Below, one piece after another: positions 8,606-16,937 of a DNA stretch of 16,937 nt. Origin of the DNA: Paraspadella gotoi (lineage: Eukaryota > Animalia > Chaetognatha). Under the pieces are notes generated by a model that did no database searches, had not been told where the DNA came from, and saw only the letters and a list, made by a program, of their open reading frames with translations. The DNA is taken from contig JBJCIZ010000511.1 in NCBI GenBank assembly GCA_051294375.1, positions 1-16,937 of the forward strand. Direction: 5' to 3'. The stretch's first letter is position 1, and every line of letters begins with the position of its first letter. The translations under genes and the position numbers were made by a program.

Positions 8606-9139
8606 ATGAGCGACTTAGTGAGATCCACAGAAAGGGCCCAGGCGATCCCCGAATCCAACAACGAGGGTGAGGAATCAAATCCCCGCATTAGGCAAAGATC
8701 GAGATCAAGATCTCTGGATTACAGCAGGTCAACCGTGAGATGGGCCAGGTCCTGCGCAAGGGACGGGAGCGTCAGATGACGTGACCCAATACCCACACCC
8801 ACACACCCTGCCCCCAACACCATTGCCGACGGAAAAACCACTCCCAACCACACCCTCCCCGACCCTGATGAGTGGGCTTCACTCCCATAACTCCAAACGA
8901 GAAGAAACACTCCACTACCATTACAGAGTGATGATTCTAGTGATGATGAAGATGAAGACGATAATATCGGTCTTCAAAAACTTGAGAACATTTGTCTTGA
9001 CAATGAGAGGCTGAAGATGAGTGTCTCAACACTCATCTCTGAGGCTAGCCTAAAGCATAGGGAGAACACTTGTGGGTTTGAACTTGAGACCTTCTTACCC
9101 ATGAGCTGGGTACAATCCCCCATCTCATCGACAGTATAA
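8606..9139 (+). pseudogene. 177-codon single-frame ORF with two internal stops (RS-rich, Pro/Thr-rich and acidic segments); unknown product, possibly TE-derived
   Basis: AAAAATG start at 8606. The frame continues without frameshift through TGA 8777-8779 and TAA 8888-8890 to TAA 9137-9139: MSDLVRSTE...RQRSRSRS...R*RDPIPTPTHP...LP*LQ...SDDSSDDEDEDDNIGLQKLENICLDNERLKMSVSTLISEASLK... Confidence 0.5.
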
Positions 9140-9330
9140 AAATTAAATTTTTATAGAGATAGAGGTGTTACTTTATTTAAAAAATATTAGTGTACATCTG
9201 TTTCAAACATGATAACTAAATATTCATAAACAATTTTTAAAATCAACAGTAAGATTAGCATGCAAGTAAGGGGGAATACTTTTTTTAAATCATTTTAAGA
9301 CAAAATTTGTTTATTAAAATTAGGAACAAA

Positions 9331-12300
9331 TTTTTTTTTGTTTTTTTTTTTAAGAGTGGGCATAGCGTCGTCTTTAATGGCAGAAGGATCAGGTGTTACC
9401 CCCATCGTCAAAAATGAACAAGCGGCCATGTAGTTAATTGAGACAGGAAAAAAGTATTAAGATAAGTCCTACCATATCTTGCATGGCCATGATCTTTACT
9501 GGACATAAATTGCACCAGTAAATATGGCAAGCCTTTCAGAGAAGTTTTTTTCCCAGGTGGAAAGTTTGTTGAGTGGACCCATTTATGGATTGCTGGATTC
9601 CTTGAATATTGTTAAAGACGCTGAATTCGCAACAGCAATCAAAGTGAATAGGCGTAAGATTGAGCTGCAGAAGGATTTCTCAATAGGCCATTCAGTCTTT
9701 TCATGTTAATAGAATAATCTGGTCCATCTGTGGTTTAAAACTGGCCCAAGACTTCTGAGTCATCAACAGCAAAGCTTTGTGAAAAAATATCAACTGGGCT
9801 TTCCTTATGGTAGGACAATAGGACAAGCCTTAAAAAATTGTATTTTGTATATGGCGCATGAAAAAAAAATGGAGCATATGAAAAAATGAAACTTTTAAAT
9901 TTCCATGATCTTTTAATCTTTTCAATATGCAGCAAACCCTATAACTTTCCATAGAGTGCATCACTAGACATCTGTGCAATTCTTTGGAAGTATGATTTCT
10001 TTCGATGTCTTTTGGAGGAGAGTTCCGCAAGATGGAATAATAGATTTTTCAATGTATCTGCTTCGGTTTCTTCCTCTGAATTATATCATCCCTTCCCATT
10101 TATATCTTGCACAAAAAAATTTGAAACTTGTGTGGTCTAGGCAATGAGTATGGTATGAAGGGTGCTGGTGGGTGAAAGCTTATATGGAATCAAAAGTGGA
10201 AGCTGGTTGAACAAACGGCTTTCTTGCTGGTTATAATGTTTTTTCCCCCATTCTTTAAAAAATGCTTATTTTAAACCCAAAGTACAACCAGTACATAACA
10301 CTCAGAAAATTATCACTTCCAAGCTTTATTCAGATGGGGATTTCTTCCCAAATCAAAAAACTTGCGGTTTAACTTTGGTCATTTTATCATGGGATTTGAA
10401 CAGGGAACACAACTTCCTGCAACCAAGTTTCTACTTGATCCGAAACATTAATTCTTGATTCCAGGTCGTTCTTAAAGAAACAGACTGGGACCTTATCTTA
10501 ATCTTTCAAGTGCCCATTCAGCCCATGGCATCTGCGGTTTCTAAGACCTCTCAGCCAGCTGGTTTTTGTCCGACTCTCCTTCCTAAGGTTAATCAAGCTT
10601 GATAATGCCCATTAACAAATTTTACCCAGAGTCCTTTAAAAACTCCTAAGAGCTTCTTTATGTTCATTTTGACTCACGATTCTTATCATCAGCATGGTCT
10701 CATTTAAATTCATGATGGAACAGGTTTTATCCAACTTTGGTAACAAAAATTTTATTGTTAAATTAATAGCATCACACTCAAAACTCGAAGAGCAGCGGTT
10801 GAGAGATGTTTCCTTCCCCAAATATCGTCCCACCCCATTTTCGTGTTTCGTAACGCACATGGTGCTTCGAGCGGCCCTCCGCAAAGAAAAGGCATCAGGT
10901 ATAAGAGAGTTGGCAAGATCCCCATACCTCTAATACATCAATTTTAAGAGGACCGCGCTGTTTCAGTGTAAGAGTTATTATTCTTCAATGAGACAATTTT
11001 GGTACCTTGTCTTGAGTGCGAGGAGGAATGAGGACATTTCCATTTGAAAGGCTCTGAAGCCTATGACAACAGACTTGTGTTCGGACCGTTAAACGTCATC
11101 ACTAAGATGGAGGGTTTTGTAAAGTATAGAAGGGACTGTGGAAACGTAGCTCAAGTCTTTGTAGATATCAAATGTGACACTTGTTAACCATGCTTTTTCT
11201 GGTCTGGGTAGATTTAATCTTGGAGGAGTTTCTGTGAACAACAGTTCTTGTTACTACCCGTATCTAAGAATGGCCATTAAAATTATGCACCTTTGTTTCT
11301 TGTTTGTTTAATTCACTAGAATGGCGATAGTAGGTCGATAACAGTACACCACCATCACTTTGTAGCAAGAACCAATGTGGCAGATGTAAATCTGTTACTT
11401 GTGGATGGCGATTGGCATTGAACTTGATTTGTTTCACATTGGTTTTTGGAGATCATCAGCTGCTTGAGTTTCTTTTTCATATGTTTGCCGCATGAAGCAA
11501 AAGAATGGTCGGTTTGGTTTTTAGAAGTTAACACGGTTTTTTACAGCCATAACTTTTTGCTGATCTTGCAGTCAGAAATTTTATGTTTATTTCAAACACC
11601 GAAAGCCATAAACGATTGATTCTTAGTGATTACTCAAATTCTTTGTGAACTATCGGTGTCCATTTAAAAAAATGTAGGACCAATCCAGAACAAATAATGT
11701 TTTACTAGTGCACAAAGGGCATTGTTTTTAAAACTTTTACGCTTGGTCAATTTAAAAATTTTTTATGTTAATTAAGCCACTAGCATTGGTCTTTTCATCA
11801 GCCGAGCCATTACTCCAAAAGTCTCCATTTGTGATGATTGGAAGCTACTTAGAGTATTGCCGAAAGTCATGGAAAGTGTTAGCAGCTGCCACTTTAATAA
11901 AACATCTTTTGAGCAGAGAAAAAAAAACTTGGAACGAGCATATGGAGGACTCCAGCTGTTTTGACTTGATCATCAGACAGAAAGTATAAAGGAAATCGGT
12001 TCAAATTGGTTTCTTTTGCTTTTGAAATTTATAACGGTCACAAAACTTGTGATGAAGTCATTACGATTTATCATCGTTCAAACTGATACATGAAATCAGG
12101 CGCTATAATCCACCACCGCATCCAAATTGTTTTACCAAGAGATCTCGATTGTTAGAAAACAAAAACCTTTCATGCACCATCCCACAGCGACGATCTGAGT
12201 GGAGAAGATCTCAAGGTTTGAGTTATGTTATAGTCCTCCTATCCAATGGCGACGTCCTCATTAAACCGCGCATTCATTGTTTCTTTCGCTATAAGACCAT

Positions 12301-13000
12301 ACATACTGAATCCGGCCCACCTTTACTTAAAAGTTTATCCGTCATTGGTTGAACTATAGATTATGGCAATACCATCAATCTTCTCCATAGCTCCGAGCAG
12401 TTTATGTTGCTATTAAAGATACCCCCCCTCATTGTCACTCCATTCATATGAACTAACCTTATTGAGTTTTCAGCATGAGAGCTCTCTAACCAATGAACTT
12501 TGGTGCCCATCCAGTTCATTTTTTCAAAAATGCTTAATGGAATTTGAGCCTCACAGTCGTTCATTTCAACAACTTCAAGATACTTTCACGAATCATCTAC
12601 CCCGGAAAGTCGTTCTACATAATAGAAAACCGAGTAGGAATGGACGCGAAACTATAGCTGTCACCCTTCCACCTCTTATTCTTCCCATTATGGGCCGCGC
12701 TCGCTCCAGCTTAGCCGAATGATGCCAGAAAGTAGGATGCTGGATCAAGGGCTTGAGTTTAGGACATGCTGAAAAAAACACCAGATGAAGGTGGAATGCC
12801 ATCATTGGCTTTTAAATTGATTGCTTTGATTGGGTTGGATGAACCTGAGGAGGTGGATGCGGAGAATCCAGAATTGCCAAGAATGCTGTTGCGCGGGGCA
12901 ACGTGTGTGAATCTCAATGGTTGTGGGGGATTTTAAATAATGCCATGGGTGCTGCTGAACCCCGAGTCAGTCGGTAGTGCTAACAAGCTTGGGTTTAATT
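9331..13000 (-). mobile_element. Degenerate non-LTR retrotransposon (LINE) ORF2 with APE endonuclease and reverse transcriptase remnants; 5' boundary uncertain (may extend to ~13700-14000)
   Basis: Minus-strand motifs in canonical order: RGGRVTAIV (~12676-12650; APE RGGGVA), GGIFNSN (~12428-12406; GDFN), YRPTIAIL (11340-11317; RT YRPISLL), FDIYK..STVP (~11170; DxxKAFDxV), GILPTLL (~10922-10899; QG..SPxLF), LLF (~10790) or HADD (10696-10685) as YADD candidates. The poly-T at 9331-9351 is the 3' poly-A tail. Very many indels. Confidence 0.7.
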
Positions 13001-14194
13001 CGTTTGCTTTTATATGGAATTAAATGAGGGAGCTTATGATTTTTTAAAGTTAGAAGCTTCCAGGCAAATGAACCAAAGTCATTGCCCCTGTGTGCTCCTC
13101 TCTTGTTTTTCACTATCATTCCAATGTGTAACTTGTTCAAAGTGTCAGAAGGAGGTCTTTGGTAAACCGGGTGTGGTTGTTTAGGAATGGAGCATCATTC
13201 TTGTAAAATTTGGATATCGTCATTTAATTTACTAATTCAGCCTTTTCGATCATCCTTCCCCTTTCCCCTCTGTTTTTTCTCATTGTCTTACCCTTTGGTT
13301 TTTTAATTTTAAAGGCCTAAAATTGTTTAATTCCACTTGCTTCTTCCTCCCTATTCCCTTTGCTTCTCTTCCATTTCCTTTTGCATTGGTTTCCTTTTGG
13401 CTTACTTCCAATTCTTTAATGCATTTTTCCTTTCTTCCCTTTCTTATTGTGATCGCTAACATTCCTTTTCAAGGTTAATTTTATATTCCGTGAATGTTTA
13501 TATTTTCTTTCCGGGTTTCCTTTAATTTTAAACTCCTGACACTACATTTGGTTCCTTTGACGAATAGCCCTGTTGCAGCTTTTGAGATCTACCAGACAAT
13601 GGAAAACGGACTTCGGCGAGCACGATTAGCGGAGCCAAAAAGATTGTATTGGCAGCGGCGTATTTAATGACTCTTAAGTATAACTCTCGCATTGATCTAT
13701 GAAATGTGGATTCTTCCTTTTTACGTTTATTCCTGTAAATGCTTTTGTATTCTCAGCTTCCCTTTCCTTAGTCAAACCCATCACCCTTCAATGTCCTTTG
13801 GTATGTTTTCACTTAGCTCAGGAGGCTATGCAATCTTTCATGATGCTTGTTTTGCCAATATTAATACTTTTCCTCTTACATGAGGTTTGGTGCAGCTTGC
13901 AAATTGTATTTTAAAGATCGTGAAATGCTATGGATAATGGTATGTTCTCTTAATTTATTTACCGCCCTTCTGGAGTATTATTGACGGAGTTAGACATTTG
14001 ATTTCAAAAAAATTCATTAAACCAACAAGACACGAAACCGAGATTATAAAAGCAAAAGCAACCCTTATTAGATTAAAGGGAAAGCCAAACTTGATAATGG
14101 CGATAAAGCAAACAATGAAAGCGAGCCCCAGGAAGCAGAACTAAAGAATTTTTCCTTAGGATAAGAAAGTCATATAGAAGCCGATTTATAAAGA

Positions 14195-14367
14195 TAAGAA
14201 CGCGTTTCGTTTAAAGTTAAAGCGCCAAATCGATTCGCGGGAGGAAGAGGAGTTCTTTTATTTTAAATTGATTTTTCGCGTTTCGAGGAATAAAAGCACG
14301 CGCGCTTGAAATCCGTTTTTTAATTTTCCGCATTTCGAATTATTACGAGATTCGCGTTTAGTTTATC

Positions 14368-14398
<31 letters not shown>

Positions 14399-14540
14399 CT
14401 TCGAATTTTTTCGATTTATTTTTTAGAAGCAAATTCGTTTTTCTTTTGTTCGCGAGTTTATTTATATCTTACATTTTACCGCCGGCCGCCTTAGTTGAGT
14501 TCAATCGCTTGACCGATCGTGAAGGAACGCGCAACAGAGA
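14195..14540. promoter_or_regulatory. CpG-enriched promoter-like patch with CGCG/E2F-type motifs and a poly-T tract
   Basis: ACGCGT 14200-14205, GCGCCAAA 14222-14229, CGCGGGAG 14236-14243, TTTTCGCG 14273-14280 and further CGCG motifs in an otherwise CpG-poor AT-rich background. T run at ~14368-14390. Confidence 0.3.
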
Positions 14541-15560
14541 TCAATGAGAATTTGAAGTTCCTTTTTTTATAAGGGGCCGTTTATTAAACGTCCGAAGGTC
14601 GAAATAGATTTTATTGAGGAAATTTTACGCCGTAACGCCCGTGAGCGAGCTAGTGTTTTTCTGAACTTGCTATTTATTTAATAAAGATTCCGCAAAAAGA
14701 ATGTAAATTTAGTAATATTTATTGTAGTAGACATAACATGAGCGTGAGAACGTGAAAGCAGAGTAGAAGCGAGAGACTATTCTAAAGATACAAAAAAAAG
14801 AACTATTTTTTAAAAAATAGTCAACCTTTAAGCCCTTAACCATAAAATTACAAAATATCAGGTTTTAAATGCTTTAACGACTGTCACCGAATCATTGGGT
14901 AACTTTATCCTCTTCGTTTTTAGGGTAATGCACATTCTCTTTTATATCTATTGCTGTTAATGTGTGAGCGTTTGAACCTTGGAACTTCTTAGCCCATGAG
15001 GGTGCGGCCGACCAGAGTTCGCCACTTAGACAAGTTAATGATATTCTACTTAGTTTAATGCTGTTAGTGGCATTTGTTGTACAAATAAATTTGATCTTTT
15101 GTTAATGATAAACAAGGAGAACACTGCTTATAGACAATACTATCTATTGGTTCCATTTCTTTAATTTTTCATTGTATATTTCCATTAGCTTGGAAACCAT
15201 TTTCAAATAATCCAGAGGAAAAATTAAACTGGGCTTATTAAAGTCAGTTTTATTAATTTTCCCTTTACTTGTTAATATTATTTTGCTTCCTGTAATTTAA
15301 ATAATTATATTTATATTGTTGATATAGAATGATTTCATAGCTTGTCGGCAAAACAGCTTTTGGAAGGATCTATATGCTTTTGAATTATTTTATTCAAGGT
15401 ACAATTTTTACTAGTGAGAACCAAACAAGTTTGTGGCTTCCATACATTTTTACACTAACCGCCTTATAAACTCTGTTAACGCCGACGGCCCTTTCCGGTC
15501 GTCAAGTGCGTAGGGATGACGTCATCGGCTAACGCCAAAGTTACGTCTCAATCCCCACAT

Positions 15561-15575
15561 TGGTGATCAACGACG
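15561..15575 (+). promoter_or_regulatory. Primer-binding site, tRNA-Arg-like
   Basis: TGGTGATCAACGACG lies 1 nt after a CA LTR-like end and resembles the TGGTGACC(C/A)CGACG tRNA-Arg PBS common in invertebrate Gypsy elements. Confidence 0.5.
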
Positions 15576-16220
15576 AGGTCGTTTTCCAACCTTCTGAGCA
15601 ACGCGCCGCCGATGTTCATCCATGAAGCGCGAATCGCCCGAGAGACGCGACAAAAACTCTCGCGCTGCCGGCCAACAGTCCGCTTCGAACCGTTCCCAAA
15701 AGGCGCCCCTGGGCCGAGGCGCATCTCCTGTGCGAGGAGACATCGCCAATTCATCGAGGCGTACCGAAGTAACACGTCCCCAAGGCGCGACCACGCTTTT
15801 CTTTTCTTTCCCCGCCAGCCATCGGCCGAGCGCCAGAGCTTCCGCCGACGACATGGCAGCGCTCCTGGCGCCGGACAGTAGACAGAGTGGCGTCTACGAT
15901 CAGCCCCTTGCAGCAGGCTTTGCTTTTTAAAGCGCTCGAGAAAAAGAAAAAAATACAAAAAAAACCCACGGAAGATACCGCGCCTTCGATACAAAAACAA
16001 TTAGTCCGCTACTATTTGGAATCCGTAGGACCGAGGCGCCCCTTCACCTCGCGCAACATAAGGGAGCATGCAACGATCGAAAATTTGCACATCTAGAGTC
16101 AAAGATTAGTGTAATGTTAATCCAGCGCATCTCAACGCCTTTTTCTATATGCGAGTGAACCGTTCCTGAGGAGGAATTGATGGTGTAACTTTTATCTCGT
16201 ACTAAAAAAGGAATATGGAA

Positions 16221-16245
16221 NNNNNNNNNNNNNNNNNNNNNNNNN
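16221..16245. other. Assembly gap (25 N)
   Basis: Direct read. Confidence 1.
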
Positions 16246-16790
16246 CGACCCGGCGTCAACAAGCGGCGCTACTCCTCGACGGCTTCGCCCGCGACGGCAT
16301 GAGGCCGTCACAGCATTTAGCACGTCTCGAAGAGAAAATAAAGGAAGCAACAATCGACGACGTCAAAAAAGAAACAATCATCAGAGGCCTTCCCCTGGAG
16401 ATAAGGCGATCGCTCGAGGACAAGGTCGACGATTGGACGGCGTCACAGTTGGCCAACGCCGCTGACAAATTTTTTGACGCTGAAGGTCGACCAACCCTAG
16501 CGGCGCCAACATCGACGATTCACGCCGCCACCCTTGACCAGCAAGCCGATACTCCAACCAGCGAATCTGAAGGCGAAAGCGACGCCGGCATCAACGCTGT
16601 TCAGGGCCGACGCCGCGAGGGAAGATGTCCTCAACCAAGTAAATGGCGCCAAAAAGCATCGAGTGGATCGTCGACGGACACACGGCCGCCTAACGCTCGT
16701 CTAAAGCAGATTTGCAGGTGGCATCTCAAATTCGGCGACGCTGCTTTCCGCTGTGAACGAGGCTGCGCCAGAAAGAGCGAGCGTCTTTAG
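16246..16790 (+). CDS. gag: Gypsy Gag C-terminal part with CxxHxxxGxxAxxCxxxC zinc knuckle
   Basis: DGMRPSQHL (cf. GDRKPSQLL), RGLPLEIR, LANAADKF and ICRWHLKFGDAAFRCERGC (cf. CWYHxxFGxxAxxCxxPC) are typical of invertebrate Gypsy Gag. The N-terminus is lost to noisy sequence and the N gap. Confidence 0.8.
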
Positions 16791-16937
16791 ATGAAGGCCT
16801 TGTAAAGCCATCGCGGATCAAAAGGATCACCCTCAAGGACACTAGGCAGTTTGCGACTCCATCGGCCAAAGAACGGTTTTCGTCGAACCGCAAAAAGTGT
16901 ATCCTCGGCCAATCCTCCACTCGAATTTTTAGGATAT

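Larger units (their letters stand above)
15474..16937 (+). mobile_element. Ty3/Gypsy LTR retrotransposon, 5' portion running off the window end
   Basis: Abrupt GC rise at TGTTAAC (15474); segment ends ...CCCACA at 15559; PBS-like TGGTGATCAACGACG at 15561; gag ORF downstream; frameshifted RF(L)V(D) protease-like remnant near 16870-16890. Confidence 0.75.

Noticed and set aside
7831-8890. Alternative genetic code (TGA as sense)
   Set aside because: An internal TAA also occurs, Trp is encoded by TGG in the same frames, and CGA>TGA transitions explain the stops more simply.
8863-8910. Hammerhead ribozyme at CTGATGAG
   Set aside because: The stem after CTGATGA is not followed directly by GAAA and stems I/III are not evident.
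14870-15300. Coding-like minus-strand frame (ITGSKIIL...WNQ*...FICTTN...KVTQ*)
   Set aside because: Several stops, AT-rich, no recognisable motif or splice structure; cannot be supported.
15548-16000. Overlapping GC-rich ORFs upstream of gag
   Set aside because: Expected by-product of GC-rich, indel-noisy Gypsy leader/gag sequence; none shows a coherent domain.

Overview
AT-rich, repeat-dominated eukaryotic DNA, probably from an invertebrate animal, with no intact protein-coding gene. From left to right: (1) a ~2 kb degenerate fold-back (~55-2085, centre ~1070-1090) whose two arms each hold corrupted remnants of an AGC/MAST-like Ser/Thr kinase domain; (2) a ~19-bp minisatellite; (3) a ~930-bp inverted-repeat-bounded element filled with degenerate CCCTAA repeats; (4) a hairpin-rich 249-bp tandem array (~4445-6489) with an internal inversion, whose units carry Pol III-like A box, B box and T-run; (5) two divergent single-frame pseudo-ORFs around a CACATTGAGT minisatellite; (6) a heavily frameshifted LINE (APE endonuclease + RT, minus strand, poly-A tail at 9331-9351); (7) a CpG-rich promoter-like patch; (8) the 5' part of a Ty3/Gypsy LTR retrotransposon (LTR-like segment, PBS, gag with zinc knuckle) interrupted by a 25-N gap. 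Several segments look like uncorrected long-read sequence, so frameshifts and the fold-back may be assembly artefacts. All family calls come from motif recognition by eye, not database searches.
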